From positions 4,778 to 68,777 of the forward strand of contig CAYFZR010000018.1 of NCBI GenBank assembly GCA_964347835.1: DNA of 64,000 bases, given 5' to 3'. Below are positions 1 to 8,362 of this stretch, one piece after another (position 1 is the first letter of the stretch; every line of letters starts with the position of its first letter). The DNA comes from an uncultured archaeon. GTDB taxonomy: Archaea > CAYFZR01. The position numbers were made by a program, and so were the translations under genes. The notes beneath the pieces were generated by a model. That model saw nothing but the letters and a program-made list of their open reading frames with translations. It had not been told where the DNA came from and searched no databases.

Positions 1-456
1 TTGAAAGATTCAATAGAAATAAAAACAACACCTGAAAAAATTTGGGAATTTTTCACCAACCTTGAACAAAATTACAAGACTTGGCATCCAGAAGACCATA
101 TTATATTCCAGTGGACTAAAGGAAAACCAATGAATGTGGGGTCTAACTTTTATGCTGAAGAATGTATGATGGGGGACTTAAAAAAACTTAAAGGAACCTG
201 TGTTGAAATCGTTCCAAACAGAAAAGTTGTATTCAAATTTCCCTTCCCTATATCCTTAATATCTCCTAAGCTTGAATGGCTAATTGAGCCTAAAGGTTCA
301 AATTCTGTTTTTACGGCTATACTCTATGTAAGAGCTGAAAGATTTTATCGTAAATTTCTTAGAAGAAGAATGGAGATTATAATTGAAGTTGCTAAAAAAC
401 ATATGAAGGAAGAGGGAGAAAATCTTAAAAAGATTTTAGAAAAGAAAAACAACTAA
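1..456 (+). CDS. SRPBCC/START-like (Bet v1 fold) small protein; may be truncated at the window edge
   Basis: 151-aa ORF starting at base 1 with TTG. The N-terminus 'IEIKTTPEKIWEFFTNLEQNYKTWHP' and the ~150-aa size resemble polyketide-cyclase/AHSA1-type SRPBCC domains. Confidence 0.45.
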   Translation: MKDSIEIKTTPEKIWEFFTNLEQNYKTWHPEDHIIFQWTKGKPMNVGSNFYAEECMMGDLKKLKGTCVEIVPNRKVVFKFPFPISLISPKLEWLIEPKGSNSVFTAILYVRAERFYRKFLRRRMEIIIEVAKKHMKEEGENLKKILEKKNN

Positions 457-622
457 TTTTATAGCGCATATGTTTTTTGATTTCGGATTTTGAGACAATT
501 ATCGATAATTCGTTTTAATAATATTTTTATTCCAAAAAATGATGCGAAAAAATATTTCTAAATTGATGATGAGTAAATCTATGAAGTAACTTAAGAAAGA
601 TAGAAATCGGAGATAAAAAATT

Positions 623-1753
623 ATGTATAAAATCTATAAGACAAAACACATCCTCAATGTCCAAAAACACTGCGATGGCGGTTGGTTCTGGAATAAATAT
701 TCTGCTTTTCCGTATGTAGGTTGCGAGTATGGATGCGAGTATTGTTATTCACGGGACGAAAAATATAATCCTCACAAGCCATCCCGAGACCCAGAGGTTT
801 TAAAATTCGAGGACCCGTTTTCAGAATACATCAAGGTTAAAGATAATGCCCCGGAACTTTTGAAAAAATCACTGCAAAATAAACCCCGTGATTTAATTTA
901 TCTTGATAATTACCAGTCTGTTGAAGTGAAATATCAATACACCAGAAAAATGCTTGATGTTTGCTTTGAGCTTGGTTTTCCGGTATTTATTAATGAGAAA
1001 TCGCCGCTTCTTTTACGTGATTTAGATATTCTAAAGAAAATCAACGTAAAGTCTTATCTTAATGTAGGCTGGTCGATTATAACTACCAAGGATGATGAAA
1101 CTCGAATGGCATTCGAGCCAAAAGTACCGCCTGTTAAATCCCGCTTTGCAGCCATGAAAAAATTAGCAGAGAATAAAATTATGACGGGCACTGTCTTTAT
1201 GCCGATTTTGCCATTTATTTATGATGATGAAAATATCGAGTCTGTTATAAAAGAGACAAAAGAATGCGGGGGCAAGTATATTTTAGATGGCGGATTGACG
1301 CTCTGGGGTTATTGTAAAATACATTTTTACAAGGCGCTTGAAAAATATAATCCGAATTTAATTAAAAAGTATGATGAACTTTACGGGAATTCAAAGCAAT
1401 TTTCTGAGTATACTGCGCAAGTACACAAGCAAGTTTTAAAATATTGTAAAAAATATGATATAATTCCTTATATTCCCCGACCAGTAAATTTCTTCCCAGA
1501 AGAACTACAGTTTAACAAAGAAATTGCTGGTAAGTTTTACTTGAATGCTCGTGAATTGCAAATGTCTGGTTCAGGAGGTTATAAAGAATGGGCTTACAGG
1601 AAAGCGGCCTGGGCCATAGATGATTTAAAAGAAAACATCGAAAAGATATACCAAGATAAGGGAATCGATGGTATTATGCAAATCAAAGGGATTGGTAAAA
1701 AATTAGCCAATAAAATTGAAGAATTTTTGAAAGAAGGTGAAGAAAATGGCTAA
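623..1753 (+). CDS. radical SAM protein, SplB/DNA-photolyase-like family, with C-terminal helix-hairpin-helix
   Basis: 376-aa ORF with a CxxxCxxC triad in 'GCEYGCEYCY' and a C-terminal HhH-like 'IKGIGKKLANKIEEFL'. Confidence 0.6.
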   Translation: MYKIYKTKHILNVQKHCDGGWFWNKYSAFPYVGCEYGCEYCYSRDEKYNPHKPSRDPEVLKFEDPFSEYIKVKDNAPELLKKSLQNKPRDLIYLDNYQSVEVKYQYTRKMLDVCFELGFPVFINEKSPLLLRDLDILKKINVKSYLNVGWSIITTKDDETRMAFEPKVPPVKSRFAAMKKLAENKIMTGTVFMPILPFIYDDENIESVIKETKECGGKYILDGGLTLWGYCKIHFYKALEKYNPNLIKKYDELYGNSKQFSEYTAQVHKQVLKYCKKYDIIPYIPRPVNFFPEELQFNKEIAGKFYLNARELQMSGSGGYKEWAYRKAAWAIDDLKENIEKIYQDKGIDGIMQIKGIGKKLANKIEEFLKEGEENG

Positions 1754-1790
1754 AAACTGCATAACTCAACAATTTAAAGGTTGTTTAAAG

Positions 1791-1850
1791 TGTTTTACTC
1801 GTTTATTTTATTTGAGATGTTGAATTGCGAAGCAATTCGACCTGATGATC
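1791..1850. repeat. repeat unit U1: TTTTACTCG / AT-rich / TTGAGATGTTG + 7-bp hairpin + ACC..ATGATC
   Basis: Read directly from the sequence. It aligns with 1929-1991. Hairpin 1822-1838 is GAATTGC-gaa-GCAATTC. Confidence 0.6.
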
Positions 1851-1928
1851 CATCACAATCTTTATTAAAGGTTGATCGAAAGCACTACCTCCTTCGGAGG
1901 TAGAGCAACTCTCTCTGTGCTTTTTGAA

Positions 1929-1991
1929 GGTTTTTTACTCGATTATTATAGTTGAGATGTTGCATTGCGTTAGCAATGCTACCAAATGATC
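1929..1991. repeat. repeat unit U2, second copy of the U1 motif
   Basis: 'TTTTTTACTCGATTATTATAGTTGAGATGTTG' followed by hairpin 1962-1979 (GCATTGC-gtta-GCAATGC). The stem differs from U1 at a paired position (A:T to C:G). Confidence 0.6.
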
Positions 1992-3607
1992 GACCTTTTT
2001 GAAGGTCGTGATCCACCTTTCAGAAGGTGGATGAATTCGATGGTGTACTTTTCATCCTTAAGATCTCTTAAAATTTTTTCTCTATCCCTCTCCTTTAAAC
2101 TTCCGTATCCTCCTCCTCCGGGAGTCCGGATGCTGATTATTGTATTAGGCTCTACGGTAACAATTTCTTTGCTTGAGAGAATAATTTCCTCGCCATCTTT
2201 TATTATACAATCTAAACCCTTAGAGCCGTCTTCTCCTCCTTCTATACCTCTTGGAGATATTTTTCTTCTTTCACTAAGTAAAGATACCGTGGCTTTTTTA
2301 AGAACTCTGATGTCTCTTCTAATTCCTAGACCCCCTCTATACTTGCCATAACCTCCGGAATTCTCTATAAGTTCATATCTCTCAACTCTTAGAGGGTACC
2401 TCATCTCCAAAGCCTCTATAGGAGTGTTCTGAGTGTTAGTCATGTGTACGTGAACACCATCCACGCCATCGCCTTTATCGAAGGCTCCTGATCCTCCTCC
2501 TAAAGTCTCATAGTAAGTAAATTCAGAAGTGCCAATGGCTAAGTTGTTCATGGTGCCTTGAGATTGGGCAATTTTTACTCTGGTGATATCTCTAAACACG
2601 ATCAGTAAAGTCTCGACTATTCTCTGAGATGTCTCGACGTTTCCTCCAACGACTGCCTTTGGATAAGAAGCGTTTAAAAGAGAATCCTTGGGAATATTTA
2701 CTTCTACAGGTCTGTAGCAACCAGCATTAGGTGGTATGGAGGGATCTGTAACACACCTAATAACGTAATACACGCATGAAAGAGTTACCGCGTATGGGCA
2801 GTTAAGGTTTTCATCTACCATACCGCTGCTTCCATCAAAATCCACGAATATCATATCTTCTTCTACTTTTACAGATACCTCTATCTTCGAGCCGTCGTCT
2901 AAGAAATCTACTCCTTTTCCTTCCTTTCCTTTATACTTAGAGATTTGGGCACGCATCATCCTCTCAGAATAGTCTTTTATCTCTTCGAACGAAAAGAGCA
3001 ATTTTTCTTTAAACCTTTCGTACAACTCTTTCGTTCTCTTAATTCCTAAGAAATTCGCTGCGATTTGGGCAGATAAGTCTCCAAAGCGCTCTTTGGGATT
3101 CCTCACGTTTGCCAAAAATAACGAAAGTATCTCGTTATCTATTATTCCTTCTTTATACATTTTTACAGGAGGTATTCTCAAGCCCTCCTGAAATATTTCA
3201 AAAGTATTGCCCGCCATGCTTCCAGCGGTGATGCCACCTACGTCAGCATGATGAGCCCTGTTAACAACAAACCCAATTAATTTTCCAAAGTATACAGGAG
3301 ATATTACTGTAATGTCAGGAAGATGTGTTCCTCCTTTAAAGGGATCGTTCGTTATTATAACATCGTTTTCTTTTATTTCAACTTCTTCTAACACAGTTTC
3401 CAAGCAATAAGGCATGGATCCTAGGTGAACAGGTATATGTTCTGCTTGTGCTACCAATTCGCCGTCAAAATCAAATACTGCGGTAGAAAAATCTTTTCTT
3501 TCTTTGATGTTTGATGAATGAGCGGTTCTCTGTAATACTAGACCCATTTCTTCCGCTATGGCTATTATTCTATTTTTGAAAACCTCTAATTCTATTGGAG
3601 AGAGCAT
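1979..3607 (-). CDS. hyuB: hydantoinase B/oxoprolinase family protein (HyuB-like)
   Basis: 542-aa ORF with the 'TPGGGGYG' C-terminal motif and overall HyuB-like layout. It lies 4 nt downstream of a HyuA-like gene. The last ~15 codons read through two hairpins, so the exact C-terminus is uncertain. Confidence 0.85.
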   Translation of the reverse strand: MLSPIELEVFKNRIIAIAEEMGLVLQRTAHSSNIKERKDFSTAVFDFDGELVAQAEHIPVHLGSMPYCLETVLEEVEIKENDVIITNDPFKGGTHLPDITVISPVYFGKLIGFVVNRAHHADVGGITAGSMAGNTFEIFQEGLRIPPVKMYKEGIIDNEILSLFLANVRNPKERFGDLSAQIAANFLGIKRTKELYERFKEKLLFSFEEIKDYSERMMRAQISKYKGKEGKGVDFLDDGSKIEVSVKVEEDMIFVDFDGSSGMVDENLNCPYAVTLSCVYYVIRCVTDPSIPPNAGCYRPVEVNIPKDSLLNASYPKAVVGGNVETSQRIVETLLIVFRDITRVKIAQSQGTMNNLAIGTSEFTYYETLGGGSGAFDKGDGVDGVHVHMTNTQNTPIEALEMRYPLRVERYELIENSGGYGKYRGGLGIRRDIRVLKKATVSLLSERRKISPRGIEGGEDGSKGLDCIIKDGEEIILSSKEIVTVEPNTIISIRTPGGGGYGSLKERDREKILRDLKDEKYTIEFIHLLKGGSRPSKRSIIW

Positions 3608-3611
3608 TTAA

Positions 3612-5585
3612 TCACCTTATCTTTATAAATATTATTCCGTTGGAGTCCATCTCTACATTTCCCGCGGGAACCAGTATGTTAGTGTCCTTACATTCTATTA
3701 GGAGCGGTCCTCTTTCTTTCCAACCCACGAAAATATTTTCTTTCCTAAAAATCGGAACCTTTTGCCATTGATCTATCCATACTTCTCTTTCGCCAACAAG
3801 AGGATCTCCTCTATCTTCATGATAAAATAGAGAAATTTCGGGAGGAGTGCTCATTCCTTTTACTCTAAAGTTCACGATTTCAATTGGATTTTCCAATATA
3901 AATCCGTAGCTTTTCAGGTGTTCTTTTTCAAAATCATTCTTGAGATTGAGTGTATAAGGTATCGTAAGTTCATAGCTCTGTCCCTTGTATCTCATATCTA
4001 AAAAACGGAATAATACTATATCTTCTTCAAGAATCCCTTCTTTAATAATTTTGTCTGAGACTTTATCCTGCAAATTTTTGAATATACTCTCTACTAAATC
4101 GCGGTCAAATTCTTCCAGAGGAATTAAATGTGTCTGCATGCTCTCAAAAGAAAATCCTGCGAACAAACACCCTAAAGCGGATAGAACACTTGCCATATCA
4201 GGGACTATTATACTTTTTATTTCTAATTCCTTTGCTAAGTAGAAAGCATGCAAAGGTCCTGCTCCACCAAAAGAGATTAGTGAAAAGTCTTTTGGATCTA
4301 ATCCCCTTTCAACGCTTACTAATCTTAGTGCTCTTAACATATTGGAGTTCACGACTTCTAAAATCCCGGCTGAGATTTCATCTTTATTTAATTTAAGTTT
4401 TTCACGGATTTCTTCCATGGATCTCTCTGCTAAATGTAAGAAAACCTTCATCTCGCCTCCCAAAAAATATTCTGGATCTATGTGTCTCAGGATTAAATGA
4501 GAATCTGTTACGGTTGGATTCGCTCCGCCTTTATCATAGCAGGCAGGTCCAGGTATTGAGCCAGCACTCTCTGGGCCTACTCTCAGCAAATCTCCCTCAT
4601 CTACCCATGCTATGCTTCCCCCTCCTGCGCCTACAGTTACTATATCTATCATCGGCACTGCTATAGGAAAACCGGCGACCTCACCCTCCGTGCTTATTCT
4701 AGGCATTTTATCTTGAATTACACTTACATCACAACTTGTTCCCCCCATATCGAAGGTTATCAGGTTATAATATTTAGAGGTCTTTCCTATAAAATTTGAT
4801 CCAATTACTCCTCCAGCCGGACCCGAAAGGAGTGTATGAACTCCAAAATCACTTGACGCCTTTGTACTCATCAATCCTCCATCTGATTTTATTACGTTTA
4901 CTTTTGCATTGATTTTTCTTTGTTTAAGCAAATCTTCTAATTTTAGCAGATATTTCCCAAGTACAGGAGATACATAGGCGTTTAAAACCGTGGTCGATGT
5001 TCGCTCGTATTCTCTATAAACTGGGATTATCTCAGATGATATTGAGACGTGAATATCCATCTTTTCTTTGATATAATCTCTAATCTTTTTCTCATGATCG
5101 GGATTTGAAAATGAGAATAAAAGAGAAACTGCTATGGACTCTATCTTATTTTCCGTTAGCTTATCAACCGCTTTTTTTACAGATTCCGTATCCAAAGATT
5201 TTATTATTACATCATTAGAGGTTCTCTCTTCCACTTCAGTCCTGCATGATCTCTCAACCAGAGGCAGTACTCTCTCAACCTTTAACTCATATAGGCGGGG
5301 TCTGGTTTGTCTACCTATCTCTAATACATCCTTAAATCCTTTTGTGGTTATTAAACCAACTTTTGAGCCTTTTCTCTCGACAACAGCGTTGGTTGCTACA
5401 GTAGATCCGTGATTAATTGCTTTAATCTCTGCTTTTTGTTTAATCTCGTTTAAAATATGATCTATTCCTTTAATAATACCTTCTTCTTGATTATATGTAG
5501 TGGGAGTCTTCTTTCTGTAAAGTCTTGCCTCATGATAAGCAATTATATCCGTAAATGTTCCTCCAACATCTATCCCTATTAGCAA
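3612..5585 (-). CDS. hyuA: hydantoinase A/oxoprolinase family protein (HyuA-like)
   Basis: 657-aa ORF with a TTG start. It has ASKHA-type motifs 'GIDVGGTFTD' and 'FDMGGTSCDV' and is paired with hyuB. Confidence 0.85.
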   Translation of the reverse strand: MLIGIDVGGTFTDIIAYHEARLYRKKTPTTYNQEEGIIKGIDHILNEIKQKAEIKAINHGSTVATNAVVERKGSKVGLITTKGFKDVLEIGRQTRPRLYELKVERVLPLVERSCRTEVEERTSNDVIIKSLDTESVKKAVDKLTENKIESIAVSLLFSFSNPDHEKKIRDYIKEKMDIHVSISSEIIPVYREYERTSTTVLNAYVSPVLGKYLLKLEDLLKQRKINAKVNVIKSDGGLMSTKASSDFGVHTLLSGPAGGVIGSNFIGKTSKYYNLITFDMGGTSCDVSVIQDKMPRISTEGEVAGFPIAVPMIDIVTVGAGGGSIAWVDEGDLLRVGPESAGSIPGPACYDKGGANPTVTDSHLILRHIDPEYFLGGEMKVFLHLAERSMEEIREKLKLNKDEISAGILEVVNSNMLRALRLVSVERGLDPKDFSLISFGGAGPLHAFYLAKELEIKSIIVPDMASVLSALGCLFAGFSFESMQTHLIPLEEFDRDLVESIFKNLQDKVSDKIIKEGILEEDIVLFRFLDMRYKGQSYELTIPYTLNLKNDFEKEHLKSYGFILENPIEIVNFRVKGMSTPPEISLFYHEDRGDPLVGEREVWIDQWQKVPIFRKENIFVGWKERGPLLIECKDTNILVPAGNVEMDSNGIIFIKIR

Positions 5586-5590
5586 GAAAA

Positions 5591-6235
5591 CTACCTCTCC
5601 AAACTCTGTAACTTTTCGAACGTGCTGAACATCATCTCCCTGTAATTAGGCACTATATCACATATCTTTTCCAAGAAAACTCTTTCATGTGTATTTTTCA
5701 TATCTTCAATACCTTCATTTATATTTGTTTCTCTATAAAACCTTATTATCCAATCTCTTGGAACTTTAATTAATGGATAGATCTTTTTATCTTCTATTAC
5801 CTTTAAAGGTCTTATATATTCTCCATTAAAGATCTGTCCTAATATCTTTTCACAATAATCATCGATAGTCAAGGGATAGGCTAACTTCCCTTCCAAAGAA
5901 TCCGTATTTTCTAGGTCAAAGTCTCTCGTAAAATCATCTTGATTTCCAAATATCACCAATTTTATTCCATACTTCCGCGTATATGGCTCTAATACATTTA
6001 GAAGACAAGTAGATTCTTTACTGCCATCGTATATCGCTGTTACTACATCCTTAGGTTCTATGAAGTTATATTTTGCCTGAGTTCTTGCGACTCTTAAACA
6101 TATCTTCTCGTAATGCTTTGATCTTATGACAGGTTTTTCTATGTATTTCTCCCTTTTTTTTGGAATTTTGGCTAATCTGCTATGTTGTATTATCATGCAG
6201 TCTTTTCTAACCGTTATGTAACGGGTGTCCATCAT
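5591..6235 (-). CDS. PP-loop (adenine nucleotide alpha-hydrolase)-like protein with a degenerate PP-loop
   Basis: 214-aa ORF. 'VTAIYDGSKESTCLL' occupies the position of the SGGxDS PP-loop, and 'IRPL' plus 'YPLIKV' resemble TilS/TtcA-type downstream motifs. No CxxC zinc motifs are present. Confidence 0.35.
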   Translation of the reverse strand: MMDTRYITVRKDCMIIQHSRLAKIPKKREKYIEKPVIRSKHYEKICLRVARTQAKYNFIEPKDVVTAIYDGSKESTCLLNVLEPYTRKYGIKLVIFGNQDDFTRDFDLENTDSLEGKLAYPLTIDDYCEKILGQIFNGEYIRPLKVIEDKKIYPLIKVPRDWIIRFYRETNINEGIEDMKNTHERVFLEKICDIVPNYREMMFSTFEKLQSLER

Positions 6236-6257
6236 CTTGCTCTAAAAAGATAGATTT

Positions 6258-7523
6258 TTAACTAAACTCTTTCATGAGTTCTTCGGCTCTATCTATCCTT
6301 ATTTTCTTTTCTTTTACCATAATCTCTGCGATTTTATCTATTAGATCTCCTTTTGCTCCAGCCATAATGGCTATATTTTTGGCATGTAAAGACATATGTC
6401 CTTTCTGTATTCCTTCCGTTGCTAGAGCTCTTAACGCTGCTAAATTTTGTGCAAGTCCCACCGCTGCCATTATCTCGGCTAATTCATTTGCTGTTTTAAT
6501 TTCTAAAATCTTCAATGAAGTTCTTGCTACCGGATGCGCCCTTGTGGCTCCGCCCACAATTCCTACTGCTAGAGGTAACTCAATGGTCCCGACTAAATCT
6601 CCATCTTCGTTACGTTCCCAAGTCGTTAAAGGCAGGTATTTACCAGTTATACAAGCATAAGAATGGGCTCCCGCTTCTAATGCTCGAGTATCATTTCCTG
6701 TCGCCAGAGCAACCGCTATGATTCCGTTCATGATGCCTTTGTTGTGAGTTGTAGCGCGGAAAGGATCTCCAAACGCAAAGGCATACGCTTGCAGTATACC
6801 TTCTACTACCTCTTCTCCTCCCAAAGCATCTTTAGAAAATATTGCTCTTGCTCTAGCGATTCTTTTTGTAGCGAGATTGGATATTATTCTCAAATAAACT
6901 TTTCCGCCAGTTATGCTCTCTATCAAAGGTGCTATAGTCTCAGCCATAGTGTTTACCGCATTCGCGCCCATCGCATCTCTACAATCCACCAAAAGATGGG
7001 TGATGACCATTTTTCCCACAGGGGTATCGATTATTCTAACCTCTATATCTCTCGCTCCACCTCCAAACTTTACCAATATAGGATCTTTTTCATTCGCTAT
7101 TTCTAAGAATCTCTCCTTTTGAGATAGGATTGTCATCTTAGCGTTATAAGGATCCTTCACGCCAGTTAATTGGATCTGTCCGATCATTACGGGATCCGTA
7201 CTCTGGGTAAAAAAGCCTCCCTTTACCCTCGCTATCTTCGCGGCATTACTTGCGGCTGCAACTACAGAAGTCTCTTCTATTGCCATTGGAATTAAAACTT
7301 CCTTCCCGTTTATCAGAAAATTAACAGCAATACCCAAAGGGATTTCCATCTTACCTATTACATTTTCTATAAGCCTATCAGCATCCTCTAAAGGTATACC
7401 TTCTTCTTTAAGTAAATTTATTTCATCTTTTTCCAAACCACAAAAAGTCTTTACCAATTCTAATCTATTATCTATGTCCAATTTGTAAAATCCTTCGATC
7501 CTAGATGTTCTCAACTTCACCAC
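6258..7523 (-). CDS. hmgA: 3-hydroxy-3-methylglutaryl-CoA reductase, class II-like
   Basis: 421-aa ORF with a GTG start. '[44 protein letters not shown]', '[10 protein letters not shown]' and 'HNKGIMNG' match the class II (Pseudomonas mevalonii-type) HMGR pattern. Confidence 0.9.
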   Translation of the reverse strand: MVKLRTSRIEGFYKLDIDNRLELVKTFCGLEKDEINLLKEEGIPLEDADRLIENVIGKMEIPLGIAVNFLINGKEVLIPMAIEETSVVAAASNAAKIARVKGGFFTQSTDPVMIGQIQLTGVKDPYNAKMTILSQKERFLEIANEKDPILVKFGGGARDIEVRIIDTPVGKMVITHLLVDCRDAMGANAVNTMAETIAPLIESITGGKVYLRIISNLATKRIARARAIFSKDALGGEEVVEGILQAYAFAFGDPFRATTHNKGIMNGIIAVALATGNDTRALEAGAHSYACITGKYLPLTTWERNEDGDLVGTIELPLAVGIVGGATRAHPVARTSLKILEIKTANELAEIMAAVGLAQNLAALRALATEGIQKGHMSLHAKNIAIMAGAKGDLIDKIAEIMVKEKKIRIDRAEELMKEFS

Positions 7524-7574
7524 CCTTTGAACTAAACATTAATAATGAAGACATTCCATTATTTATTCATGAGC

Positions 7575-7865
7575 ATGAAGGTAAAGTTCTTCGGAATCAT
7601 CAGAGAAAGAGTTGGACGGAAAGAGATCGATCTAGAATTCGATGATAATAAAATAAAAGATTTTAAAATAATGGACTTGATTGAATACCTAGACGAAAAG
7701 TATGGACTCAAAGAAATGCTCATAGAAAACGAAAAACTAAGACCATACGTCAATATTTTGGTTAACGGAGAGAATATCAGATTGAAGGAAGGTTTAAATA
7801 CAGAAATAAAATCCGGAGATCAAATAGCACTTTTCCCAGCCGCTGCTGGAGGCCTGAAATTATAA
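7575..7865 (+). CDS. MoaD/ThiS-family ubiquitin-like small protein with a 3-residue tail after the di-glycine
   Basis: 'MKVKFFGIIRERVG...' through '...SGDQIALFPAAAGGLKL'. The likely ATG is at 7575; the ORF track starts at 7545. This is the beta-grasp sulfur-carrier pattern '..GDxxAxFPPxxGG'. Confidence 0.6.
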   Translation: MKVKFFGIIRERVGRKEIDLEFDDNKIKDFKIMDLIEYLDEKYGLKEMLIENEKLRPYVNILVNGENIRLKEGLNTEIKSGDQIALFPAAAGGLKL

Positions 7866-7877
7866 AACTAAAGGGTA

Positions 7878-8066
7878 TTAAAGGGTACCTATCTCTTCTT
7901 TAGCCTCAATTATTTCCATCGCATTTTTCCATAACTTAGGCTTTTTCTTGTATATCAGTTCTAAGAGGACTCTAACTTCTTTATCAACCAAGAGAAGTTC
8001 TTTTTTGTTGAGGATTATCTTAGTTACATTATGGGGCCCAAACTGTTCTGTCTCAACGTTTACCAT
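7878..8066 (-). CDS. small hypothetical protein
   Basis: 62-aa ORF whose start overlaps the stop of the upstream thioredoxin-like gene by 1 nt, which suggests an operon. I recognised no motif. Confidence 0.3.
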   Translation of the reverse strand: MVNVETEQFGPHNVTKIILNKKELLLVDKEVRVLLELIYKKKPKLWKNAMEIIEAKEEIGTL

Positions 8067-8317
8067 CAGATCGCTTCCTTAATCTCCCTTTCTAATTCGC
8101 TTCTAGAAGGTCTTCCTATGAACTTCAATTTTCCATTTATCGCTATTGCAGGAACTGCATATATTTTGTACTTGCTGGCATGCTCGGGTCTCTCCTCTAT
8201 GTCTATGATTTCTATCTCAACTTCGTCGAATTTTGAGGCAACATCCTTTACCAACTCTATCGTCGCAGGACAGTGAGGACATATCGGTGCTTTGAAAACC
8301 TCTAACTTTATACCCAT
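8066..8317 (-). CDS. small thioredoxin/glutaredoxin-like redox-active disulfide protein
   Basis: 83-aa ORF with an N-terminal 'CPHC' active-site motif and a 'YAVPAIAING' cis-Pro region typical of the thioredoxin fold. Confidence 0.8.
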   Translation of the reverse strand: MGIKLEVFKAPICPHCPATIELVKDVASKFDEVEIEIIDIEERPEHASKYKIYAVPAIAINGKLKFIGRPSRSELEREIKEAI

Positions 8318-8362
8318 ATGATAACCATTTAAAGTTAGATAACTCAGGGTATTTAACTCTTA

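Noticed and set aside
535-590. Possible C/D-box sRNA (AATGATGC and TGATGATGAG boxes); CTGATGA at 1851-1857 raised the same question
   Set aside because: C-box-like UGAUGA strings are present, but I found no correctly spaced CUGA D or D' boxes or terminal stem. In AT-rich DNA these are probably chance matches.
1791-2032. CRISPR array
   Set aside because: There are only two copies of each repeat type, with irregular spacing and different repeat classes. No cas genes are present, and no other regular repeat-spacer pattern occurs anywhere in the window.
1986-2351. 121-aa plus-strand ORF overlapping the hyuB 3' region
   Set aside because: It is antisense to a well-supported hydantoinase B ORF and has a proline/serine-rich, low-information translation.
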